From Pecten maximus (taxonomy: Eukaryota), in NCBI RefSeq assembly GCF_902652985.1, contig NC_047015.1, forward strand, positions 42,594,001 to 42,658,000: a DNA stretch of 64,000 nucleotides, read 5' to 3'. Position 1 is the stretch's first letter, and every line of letters begins with the position of its first letter. The notes under the pieces were generated by a model. The model was not told the origin of the DNA and did not search any database. It worked only from the letters and a program-made list of their open reading frames with translations. The position numbers and the translations under genes were made by a program. Below, one piece after another: positions 40,257 to 51,194 of this stretch.

Positions 40257-41522
40257 TTATTAAACACCAATGCAGTCATATTATAACAAAACTATTACTT
40301 CGTCCTCGGTTGATATTTGTTCAGGTTAATAAAGCCATTTATCGACCTTATCAGAAGGCTATAATTGTATTTTATCAAAAGTAATACAAAAATTATACTG
40401 ACCGAATAAGGATAAATTCTTTTCATTCACTTTATCTTGTTCAAGTTAGATAATCATAATTGAACTACCATTGTACGACTCTGAATTGACTTTCGTATGT
40501 CACAACTAGTGTTGTATTTCACGTGTGACGTTTCTGTGGCTACGGTCTGTCACCTTCATAAAAAAAATCCCCCTGGACTTAAATATTGTTTGAGATATGC
40601 AAAAGTCTATTCGCACATATAATCAAGAACCCAATCAAAAATGTTTCATAATATCAGATATAAGATAATATAAGATAAATTTCGTTAAGCAACTGCTAAA
40701 ATGGTCGATGGATACATGGAAACCAGCATAAATGGCCAGAAGGAGACAGTAAATCTAAGAAGTGGGTGTACAACTTGTACCGAGATTGAACGTGATTTAT
40801 TGCGAAGATTGGTTATTATTTTTAAGGAATTTCTCTTTTTGGTATTATTCATGATATTTGATACCCTTCCAGAACACAGTGTGTCGCGGAACAATATTAA
40901 TTATATACCCTATTAATCTTTCTGTTCTTAATTTGACATCGTACAATCGCGATTTATTTTAAGAATACACTTTTGTTAATATGTCATTATTTACATATTG
41001 ATGTATAAAGATAATAATATCTGACCCTTCAAATATGCATATGATATGTAAGGGTGACGCTGAATGGTCAATGTTACTCAAATACAGTGTTCAACACGCA
41101 ATTAACACAATTGACATCGGCATTTCGAGCGTAGAATTAGAACATAGTAATCGTACCGTGTTAATATTTACGTCAGTATACCGTGATGGTAATATCCACG
41201 CCGTAGAGTATATCAGTATATTTACAATAGACAAGAATAAGTAACAAAGCTAGGTGATAGCATGTGATCTTCCTGAGGAAAGCACTGAAGTTTATTATTT
41301 ATTTATATCTATTCAATTTATCAACCACTTAATATAAAAAAAAAGATAAATTCACAGTGTATTAAATTTGTATGAAGGTCAGCTTAACTTAGTATTCTGT
41401 AAATCCCCAGGAATCAAGATTCTTTGTTCAACTTCATTACTCAATTCAGTTTGGTAGGATCGGTATAAGTAGTTCCGTGAATGATAAGACCCGCGTAGAT
41501 AATAAACGGACAGAGGCATTAT

Positions 41523-41546
41523 ACACACACACACACACATATATAT
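41523..41546. repeat. (AC)n(AT)n compound microsatellite
   Basis: Directly visible. Confidence 0.85.
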
Positions 41547-41840
41547 GTACAAACGACTAGAGCCGACAATTACTGCGCCATTAAAACGTTCGTTTTAGAA
41601 CGTGATTATTGCGCAGAGGTTAAGGCTGTGGCGTTTCTGGCTAGGCGAGTATGTGCCGTAGATCGTGAGCTTGATGTCTGGACGCTGGTAAAGCATTATC
41701 TTCCTTCGTCATAAATATATAATTTACGTCATTTGACGTAAGTTATCTTTGATGATTGAACTAACGTTTTGAAAGCAATACATTAATCTCACAATGTATG
41801 AACAGATGATCACAGTGGACTCTGTCATTAAAACTTAGAT

Positions 41841-41897
41841 TTGACTGGCAATGAATCAGAAGACGCGTATTCTTCCGGAGTGCCTGGTCTTGTTCTG
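41841..41897 (+). repeat. Short copy of the cagaagacgcttac.cttccggagcacctgg dispersed motif
   Basis: gaatcagaagacgcgtattcttccggagtgcctggtct. Confidence 0.5.
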
Positions 41898-44255
41898 TTC
41901 GTGCTCTTTAAGAATCTCCATACATATCTTTATCTGAGTAAATATCACGTCCTCGTTTTATCGGTTTTCGATTTTGAGTTGGAATTATGGGTTTGTTATT
42001 ATGTCGGTGCTCTTTGTCGCTCTCATGATTTATTAAGGGCGAACCCTGATTATTGGTAAAATCAATTAACATTTACTTTGTATAGCGATGAATAAATTCA
42101 TTTTTAAGGATACTAGATTGCTGTCCTTGACTAGTCAGAGGGTAAGTTTCAACTGGAAGTAAATCCATTTCAACTCGTTTAAACTGATTTGTTTTCTACA
42201 CATTAATGATCAATAGATGTTGATTAGATACGATGAAGTAGATTGCAATTATTTGACAGATCACCATAACACTTTTATATCTGTTTTGAATAACTGGTAT
42301 TTTGTATAAAAAAGACGTTCCGATTGTTTCGATATATCACATGGTAGAATATGTAAACAAACCAACGAATATATATGCTGCTGCAATCACATGATTTAAC
42401 AAAGATACCTTTAAGCATGAAACAAGCAATGGGAAGAGTGCATGCCGAATAACGAGTATAAAATTGCATCATAGCAGTTTTATCCTTCTAGACCATGTCA
42501 CTGATGTAAGAGGGTTATTACCCAAAAGCCCTTGCCACAACCCAAGATAAGTACATGTATACTTATAAAGATAATTCTCAATTTTGTATTGATAAAACAA
42601 TTACGTTAAATCTTCAACATAATAGGTCTTGTGTGGGTAGACTTCAAAATGTCAGTCACTATACATACAACATACAGACTCTATACAGAAAGTACAAGAA
42701 TCCCTCTACAGTTTGGTATACAACAAAATACACTTGGAATGTTTTCGTGTGATAGACGTTATGCTTAATCATCCACAATGATGAAGAACAGAATTTTTAC
42801 GATAATGTTGTGCAACAAAGATAAGATTATAGTTACGTTAGTTTAATTTAAAAAGTGCAAGGCCGACTTGGTGGGGTTTATTGATTCGACAGCCATAAAT
42901 CATTCTAATGAGGAACAGACGTACTACAGAAAACATCAGTTCAAGCGTCGCTTTATACCCAATAATATAGCCTTAATCCTACCTCTAGCCAAAGTAGTTT
43001 GTTCCGAATTCCTTCTTAAACATTTTCAGTAACACAACAGAACACTATCTTACAAATCTTTCACTTCACATCCAAGCTGATAAGAGGAGTATGTTACAGT
43101 ACGCCAAATCTCCGTCAGTGTTGTAGTTGCCTCCCTTTACGTCTTTCTTGTGTCTGTACCGATATATATCACCCACAGCACGTGTTTGGTGTATATTAGT
43201 TACCGACACAATCTACGTCACGGCTTATGTAATTAACGGCTTGAGACCAGAGGACAAGCAATTTATGCGTGGACTGTACAACGCATGCATCAACAGATTT
43301 GTATCAATAGTTTGAATATATGACGTGGTTTACTCAAAAAGACGGACGAACAGACCTACAATTAAAAACAATCATTATGTTTTGCAGTGATATTTTGAAT
43401 TCTAATAACGTGATGAAACTGTCGTGATATATTTCACATCATGTAAGATAAAAAAAAAAAAAGGTTGTTTCATTTTTGCAATGACCAATCAGATCGACTA
43501 TTTTTCACTCCATTCAATATAGAAGACTCTCCGTTTCGCCGCAGATGAAACACCGATGGAATAAATGTCAGTTTTGGTACATCCACTAGGAGATATATTT
43601 AGCTTAACCATTGATAACATCTTGTAGCAAATCCTCTAGATATCTGTAGAAATCTATTTAAAAATAGGGCGTAGTCTTGTTGCAGTTAGTGACGTCATTA
43701 TGATATTATACGCAAGAGTACGGTATATATTTCTACACGAGACAGTAACGTGTTATTCTCAAGGTTTTGTTTTTTGTGTTCCGACATATTCGTCAACGAC
43801 AAACAAGAGAATGCTGACCTTTAAGCGAAACCATAGCCCAGAATTGAAATTGAAAAAAGGCAAAATATGAATAGAAGGTGAATTTCGCCTTCGATTATAC
43901 AAGGAAAATAAGGTTAGGTGTCCCGGACATCCGTTATGTAAATTGTGGATTTCAGGTATTGTCCATTATCATGATGAAAAATGGTAACAATGGAATAACA
44001 AGGTACATGTAGATAAATAAGCACTGAATATATCGTCATATCGTATACGGATGATGATAACTAGTGTCATTCCTTTGGTTATCAACCTGCATCTTACTAG
44101 GCCACGTGTTATGATTACTTCCCGTATATCCTACAAAGTTATAGCTACTCAGTTATATCGAAGTCGTTAACGTAGTTGTTCCAATCGAAGCATTGCATCT
44201 GAACGGGAGAAAGACCCGGAAACGAATTCATTCGCGGGCGGATATCATCAACATG

Positions 44256-44503
44256 TCGATTGTTTAGAGGAACAAGGACGTATCTCCAACATGGCGTGCT
44301 TAGAAGTAAAAGGCCGTATCTCAAATTTATCAATTGTTATATTTTGATAAATTAGAATTCCGACTGAGCTTTTCTTATAGAATATGTACTTTATATCAAT
44401 GGAAATTGTCTAACTCTTTTAAATCTGGATACATTTGAGATACGGCCTTTTATTTCTAAGCACTCCATGTTGGAGATACGTCCTTGTTCCTCTAAACAAT
44501 CGA
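44256..44503. repeat. Long inverted repeat: 71-bp arms (44256-44326 and 44433-44503), 106-bp spacer
   Basis: Arms are reverse complements at 69 of 71 positions. Confidence 0.95.
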
Positions 44504-44556
44504 TGTGTGTGTTGAGTTGTCTTTCAGAATGACCCGGTTTCATTTCTTCAGGAAAG
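44488..44556 (-). ncRNA. Degenerate type I hammerhead ribozyme-like motif
   Basis: Minus strand: tttc-CTGAAGA-aatga[aaccggg]tcatt-ct-GAAA-gacaa[...]ttgtt-TA-gagg. Both conserved boxes and three possible stems are present, but stem I is weak and stem II has extra bases. Confidence 0.35.
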
Positions 44557-45364
44557 TCTCTCTACTTAAATTAACCTTCTTTAATACATTAACTCGTCAA
44601 TATCATGCACGTATTGATATAAAGAAACTACAAATAGGTGTGGTAAATCAAGTGGGACGTATAACATCAGCTCTATAAGCAGAACTACTATAAGTAATGG
44701 GAACAATGCCAACACGTGACAAGGGCGGACAAAACCCTAACCAAAAATCAATTTCGAAAGAAAACAATAGAAATAAAGGAAACAACAAAACTTAATAAAA
44801 GACTTATCTTACCCTATTTACGACTCCGTATTATCAATAAGAACAAAGGACACTGATTTAATTTCATCCAATAATCTAATATAGAAAAATAACATGACGA
44901 TGTTATGATTATAACCAAGGTCATAAAAATTCGAAAAAATATAAATTCATTTTATTTCATATTCAATCAGAAAAAACCTTATAAAATTGTTTAGATATGC
45001 TACAGTTTAGCCAAGGTCAAATTCACTCTAGCTGGTAAGATGTTATTCTTAATAGATTAACGTTGGAATATGTAAGCTTAAGTAGATAATAGGGACAGTT
45101 TATTTACAGGGGATTCGGAGTGAAATTCTCATAGGGAGTTTCAGAAAATTTGTTAGGAACGTGTTTTTGAGAAAGAGGCTGATTTTTCAAGGTATTCAAA
45201 GCGATGTATTTATGTTAGTCTATTAAATGATTAAAAGGGAAGTTTTGTAGACTGTACAGAAATGTGACACAAAATGTTTGTGGGGAATTTGTGATGAATG
45301 CTAGAATGGGACATTTACGGGGTATTAATCAATGAGGCTAGAATTGCGTTTTTCAGCTATTGGC

Positions 45365-45805
45365 GAAGGGGGTTGGTTGAGACGTGGAGTTAGTTAGTAA
45401 GGAAGTAAAGGGGGTTAAAGGGAATTAGGGGGAGAAGGTAGGGAGGTAAAGGTAGTTAGCAGGGAAGTAGAGGGAGTTAGTAGGGAAGTGTAGGGAGTTG
45501 GTAGAGAAATATAAGGAGTTGGTTGTGAAGTAGTGGGAGTTATAAGGGAAGTAGAGGGGGTTGGTAGGGAAGTGTAGGGAGTTGGTAGGGAAGTAGAGGG
45601 GGTTGGTAGGGAAGTGTAGGGAGTTGGTAGGGAAGTAGAGGGGGTTGGTAGGGAAGTGTAGGGAGTTGGTAGGGAAGTGTAGGGAGTTGGTAGGGAAGTA
45701 GAGGGGGTTGGTAGGGAAGTAGAGGGGGTTGGTAGGGAAGTAGAGGGGGTTGGTAGAGAAATATCAGGAGTTGGTTGTGAAGTAGAGAGAGCTGGTAGGG
45801 AAGAA
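45365..45805. repeat. G-rich 21-bp minisatellite with two unit variants
   Basis: A=GGGAAGTAGAGGGGGTTGGTA, B=GGGAAGTGTAGGGAGTTGGTA. Core order from 45546 is ABABABBAAA, with degenerate flanking units. Confidence 0.97.
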
Positions 45806-46927
45806 TAAGCATTTGTGGTATGTGGAATTATTGCATGGGGTGTATACGTGAGATTGATGAGGGACTTTGTGGTGGGCGTGTATCGGATATTTTGATTAAT
45901 TGTAAAGGGTATGTTTCATGTGAAAGCTTACATTTGGTAGAGAGAATATATTAATGAGAGGCTACAGCGGGACTAGAACCAAGTGTTGTATGGAAAGTAA
46001 ATGCGTGATGGATACAGAGGGTGTTGGAAGTCACATACACATGAGAAACTGTGAAAGGTTTGAATAAAGTTGTTTATAAGATATTGTAACAGGAAAAGAA
46101 CGACAGAGTTGATTTGAGAGCGAAGAACGATCAGAAGTGTTTTGATGCGCTGTATGGAATGAAAAATGAGATTGTGACAGAAAGTATTTGGATTGGTTAA
46201 GAATTCATGCGTTACTGAGAAGCGATACGAAGTGACATATCTATGAGAGAATTCTAAGTGATTGGAAGGGAACTAATGAGAGGTTGCAGGATTGAAATTA
46301 TTTATTTGTGACTGAGGCGTGATTGAGGAAAGTGTCTAGGGTATATTATGAAGAGATTTGAGGGCACATCCTTCTCTGAAAGAAAGGGCAAGAAAAGCGT
46401 CCACGGCTTTATTGAGAGAAGCAAACGTTCCCGAAAATAAAACTGACATTTTTGGTCACGACGTAGTCCAGGATGCTTTAAATAATCACTCGGATAAAAA
46501 CAAGAGAGACAGATAATATCAGTCAAATGCGTAGTAGTATCTGATCGATGACAGCATATTGTAAGGCGTATGGATCGAGATGGGAAAAGAATATTACAGA
46601 TTATGCTAGGGAATTCAAAATCTAATCTCAAGTTTTAATTCGTGAATATATTTCTTTTGCCTATTTATAGCCTTTGATGCCCTTCTAGTATCCATTTCTT
46701 GATATATATTGTTTGCGCTCGCGCAGTATTCTTGAATAAAATTTTGTTTTCTTTTATTAGTGGAGATATTAAGAACCAAATACTCCGTTTTCCATATTAA
46801 ACCTTTTAAAATCATCAACACTCATTTCAATTCCAAGTGCACGGATTGTATGAATGACACAGAAGTGGACGTTGACATCACCTAAAAATATAAATTGTGT
46901 GAACAAGTCTGGTACCTCTGACTTCTC

Positions 46928-47185
46928 TTCGGCAATTCTATAGGCACTATCATGTATGGTATTAATGTAATAAACATTATATTTCGCGATTCAAATATTG
47001 GTGTTCTGCGGTATTAAGTCAAATGTGTTTGATGTTCGTTGATATTCCCAGTGGTTCCGTTGTCACTGCCCTAATTTTCAGTTGAAATTGTGACTTAACC
47101 CGGATTTGACCTAGCTTGTATGATGGATGTCGTCGGATGAAACAGAAGACGCTTACTCCCATGAAGCGCCTAGTCCTATTCTCCT
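46928..47185 (+). mobile_element. 3'-end fragment of a Penelope-like-derived dispersed repeat
   Basis: RQFYRHYH remnant (cf. KFYGRHH) followed by gaaacagaagacgcttactccc..gaagcgcctagtc; related motif at 41841-41897, 56467-56530 and 60584-60680 (-). Confidence 0.5.
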
Positions 47186-49801
47186 TGTGATTTTCATGCG
47201 TATCTTAGATATATTTCTATATAAACTATAGCTATGACGTCAGGTGTATGTTACATTGTACTGGTACAACCGCTATTTTTTTTTTTTTTTTTTGTATAAT
47301 TCAGTCGTCCTCCTTTAATTATACTCATTGCTACCCATTTTGTATTTTTGATTTTCTACATGTATATATCAACATGAACAACTTTGTCTGGGATCTAGTC
47401 TTTATCGTTCGTATAACCCCTTAACGCATACTTAATAGAGTTACGCTAACATCTGTGGAATTCCTTTGTGGTCGCCACGGCATTTACATTGATTCGCTGG
47501 AGCGTAAGGATATCTTGAATGGGTTCCCATTATAGGGCACTAAGTTCAAGGCCACTGACACTATCAATAGAAAACAATATATCCACAATCGTTTTCAAAA
47601 CTCTTAACCTACGTGTAAAACATGTGCATGTGTTAAGGTGTTTGGCTAATAGCAAAGTTCGGTTCCGATATCTAGCTGAACATTTTTATGTAAACTATGT
47701 ACACCATTGCTTAACTTGATTCAATGTACAACATTCGAATTTGACTGTTTCTTACAACATCAGATATCCAATTAGTCATGTATGGGGAAAGTTGTGTTTA
47801 TCTGTTATACAGATAAGTACACTTTTGTTGCGGATGTTTACTTCTCTCATCCTGGACAGGGATATCCGCAGTTTTTCCGGGGTGATATTTTCTTATCTCA
47901 CCCTAACTAAAAGACAAGCTACACGTGCACTTTGAACGTCACCTATGGTACCTATTTTGTATTTTGTTATTTCTAACCTGAGAAACATAAATTCATTTAA
48001 GCGCATGCATATTGATTTCGTTAAGGTACAGCGTTTGACATCCCATCTTACATTGCAATTATGATTATTTAAATGTAACTTGTGATAGGATAGTAGAAAA
48101 ATGCTCACGGGTGCGAGAGTGTTTGAATACCATTATACTATTCTGGTAAATAATAAAATACAGACGAATCTATCAAAATTTATTTTCATTTCAAACGAGC
48201 AACGTCATTGGGATTACGTTGTTAAAGGGGAAATAGCACCACAACTCTAGTGGAAATAATCTAACAATACGCTCGAACAATATTTACATACTTGTTTGAT
48301 CAATCAATGTAAGTCAATAGACTCTCGTCAAGTAATAAATATATACAAGTATATTGGCAGAATTTCGCCAAAGGATTGCTGATATATGTCAAGTAATTCT
48401 GGAATCGCAATAACCAATTTCCAAGGCCAAACTTTTAACTTGCATGGGAGGCCCTCATTCCTACCTCTGGGTTTACGCGAAAGGGCTGTCATAACATATA
48501 CCTAACGTTGATGTTTTGTTCGATTGCGATAAACTAGGTCAGTGAGGAGGTGATTGTTAATGGAATTGAATTGTCGATGTGTGTCAACCGTATTTTACAT
48601 TGTATCCTTTATTTAATTAATAACAAAAATATAATTAGTAATACTATAATGGCTGATTCTTTTCTTGATGCGGTACACATTTAGCATCTATATACAATCG
48701 TACGAGTAAGTTACTTGCGCATCTGTATGAACAGTACAGCCCTTGTGGCACGCATATATCAGTCTTCCAATATATCTCTTAGGAATTGAATGCAAGAAAG
48801 GCTATTATTCATTATTCAGTGCTAATGCGGGTCTACAGAAGTTGAGAAGATGAATAATATGGGCGTTTCGTTTCTTACATTATGAATTCAATCTTGCTTG
48901 TAACGCAATTTCTTTTGATGGCTGGATATTATGTTATCCTGTTGTGTGAACAAACGCCATCCCAGATGAGGATACCTGACAGTTGGAGGCTGATCCCATG
49001 GCTTCTCAACCCTGGCATTTTTCCTTTCTTTTTTTAGGGAAATAAAATTGTTATGCAGAAATATATCAACCAATAACGAAAAAATAAATATATATGTATA
49101 TATAACTGATGCAGATGATATCAATGATTTCTAAGAGAAAAGAGTCGATCAATACGGAATGTGTACAGTAGATAAGCATATAAGGATTAACTTGAATATA
49201 TGTTCATGTGATGGCTTCCCGTTTTTTTAACGCCGAAAACTTCTCTCATACTGGAGCATGTATCTCCTGTGTTGTTATTCCGACGCTAGCGTCGAAGACA
49301 TATTTCGTTTTCGTTAAGATATTCATATAGCTGTTAATATTTATCTATTATCGACCTTTGGTATATTTTTTAAAGGTGCTTATGTAAGGTAAGGACCGTC
49401 CCGAATTACTGTTACATATTTTTTCTTCCATTTTTTTTTTCTTTACAAATGTTTTGGACTCGAAAATGCGCTAGTGAAATAATATTATGGTTACTTTGCA
49501 CTTGTTGAATCAACAAGAAATCGTCAATTTAAGCATTTCCATTCTTTGATTTAGCATGGATGTACTTAGAATTCATCTGAATACGGGGTGACGTGTTAAA
49601 ATCAATATTGTTATGGCGCTTTTCATGACTGAAAGGCATATTCATAAACTAAATATTGGATACCACAATTGCATTTGACTTGTTTGGCAAAAGAGTTATT
49701 TGAATATGATTTAAGTATGTTTTTATAGTGCTAATTTTACAGTGAATACAGTAAAAAAAAAAAAAAAAAAATTCAAAATTAAACTATTTTGTTCATTTCA
49801 G

Positions 49802-50023
49802 GTTTTGAAGATGCTCATCCTGGTGGTACTCATGTTTGGAATTTGTTGGCTTCCGCTGCACGTGTTCATCATAGTCGTGAACTTCAACCCGGACATACTT
49901 CGGTATAAATCAGCGGAAGAAGAACACTTTTATCTAGGGATGTATCTGGCGATCCATTGGTTGGCAATGTCTAACAGTTTCGCAAACCCCTTCATATACG
50001 GATTCTTCAACGAAAGTTTTAGG
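49802..50023 (+). CDS. Same GPCR, coding exon 2 (TM6, ECL3, TM7, start of helix 8; 74 codons)
   Basis: Acceptor ttttgttcatttcag|G at 49801/49802. Translates VLKML...FGICWLPLH (CWxP) ...HWLAMSNSFANPFIYGFFNESFR (NPxxY). Donor AGG|GTAAGA at 50023/50024. Joins exon 1 in frame (KIK|VLKM). Confidence 0.96.
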
Positions 50024-51194
50024 GTAAGAACACAAACCATATGACAATGAAATATTATCGACTCGCTTTAGATATATATGATAGAATGATAAAAATAATC
50101 CACTTTTTGTGCATATCATGTAGATGTATGTAACCTAATAAACGAAATAAAAAAATGCTTATTCGTAAATAAAGTATGCATTGATTAGCTATAATCACCC
50201 TCCAGAGATATTTAGTATGTATCAGCTAAAACAGACAGTGTACAGGTCCGAATACAAACCAGCCATTCATAACAGTGTATGCCATCCTCAAGTGACGAGT
50301 ACAGATAAGTCAGACCTAGATTATTTTACTATATCTAATGTTATTTATGGAAATGTGCATCTGTTAAAACCAATTTGGCGATTAAAATACATTTCCAGTT
50401 CCATCATATAGCACATCACCAAATAATTTATACGATGAATAGCTGAAAGATAAAATCCATTTTATTAAGTTTATGTAAGTGGGGGAACACATTGTCTGTC
50501 TCTTTATGTCTGGTATATGACTGAAACTCCTTTTAAACATCATTAAACCAGCATACAGTCTATAGACGATTAAAAAGTCGAACGTCGAATTTATTGCTGA
50601 AAATGTCTTGTTGTGCTTGGTGGTGATATTTTCATTATCATCATGATGTTCATTATTGGATCATTCAAAGTTTTACACCTCTCTTGACTTTTATCTTTTC
50701 CCATACGAGGCTTCATTCATTAAAGAGCACATTACTACAAGTAACAAAAATTAGTCAATTATGCAATAGCATATTCAAATATGCAATTTATATCAATGGT
50801 ACGGTCGTTTGTATATTCTCTACGTAATTCTTAATTTGATATCCTTCAGGCTGCAGTACCTTGCGTGACCTTTAATTTCAAATGTTCCCTTTTCCTTTTA
50901 ATAACAGCCCTGCTTCAATGACCTTCGGTATTAGCAAGTCTCTGTTAGTTCAATGTCAAACCGCTTTGTGAAAAAAGTCAATTGAAAGATCACAGAAAAC
51001 ATTACAAAGTGGCATATATCCAGTCAGCGTAAAAGATAATGCTAGTAGCAATAAACGTGTATTTAAACGAGAAAACGAGAGAAATCCTTCAGCACTGTTA
51101 GTCAAACATTTGTGCCGAAAAGCTAGCGGTCTCATTCTAATAAATGTTTAATAATTAATTACTATATTTGATTTGCTATTTTATCCTGTTTCAG
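50024..51194 (+). other. GPCR intron 2 (1,171 nt, GT-AG, phase 0)
   Basis: GTAAGA...TTTCAG boundaries; in-frame join ESFR|ADL. Confidence 0.88.

Larger units (their letters stand above)
44433..46330 (-). mobile_element. Decayed Penelope-like retroelement relic (N-terminal ORF region joined to a pLTR-like end)
   Basis: Minus-strand remnants in Penelope-like order: SH..NF.SC...P..LRI (~46315-46250), a Pro-rich linker, AEK.IL (~45360), FNRL..RFEY, ENFTPNP, NLT, YDLG..IVM..DY. These are followed by a CTGAAGA-stem-GAAA hammerhead-like core at ~44551-44522. All motifs are degenerate. Confidence 0.5.
21029..49801 (+). other. GPCR intron 1 (28,773 nt, GT-AG, phase 0)
   Basis: GTAAGA...TTTCAG boundaries join TM5/ICL3 to TM6 with no 7TM segment missing. 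Confidence 0.92.

Noticed and set aside
41608-41695. Degenerate tRNA-like SINE head
   Set aside because: Only a loose A-box resemblance; B box, body and tail are not recognisable.
45540-45812. 90-aa Pro/Tyr/Gln-rich ORF as a host gene
   Set aside because: It is the translation of the 21-bp minisatellite; there is no splice or promoter support.
49268-49305. Helentron/HINE-like start (tccgacgctagcgtcgaaga hairpin); similar hints at ~50475 and ~38545
   Set aside because: Too short and isolated to define an element.
49742-49801. N-terminal extensions of ORFs 49742-50044 and 51168-51530 as independent genes
   Set aside because: These codons are intronic (poly-A run, pyrimidine tract, AG acceptor); the real coding parts are exons 2 and 3.
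21029-49801. Nested gene or extra coding exon within the 28.8-kb intron
   Set aside because: No ORF with a recognisable host-protein motif, and exons 1 and 2 already give an uninterrupted 7-TM protein. Small exons cannot be excluded without RNA data.
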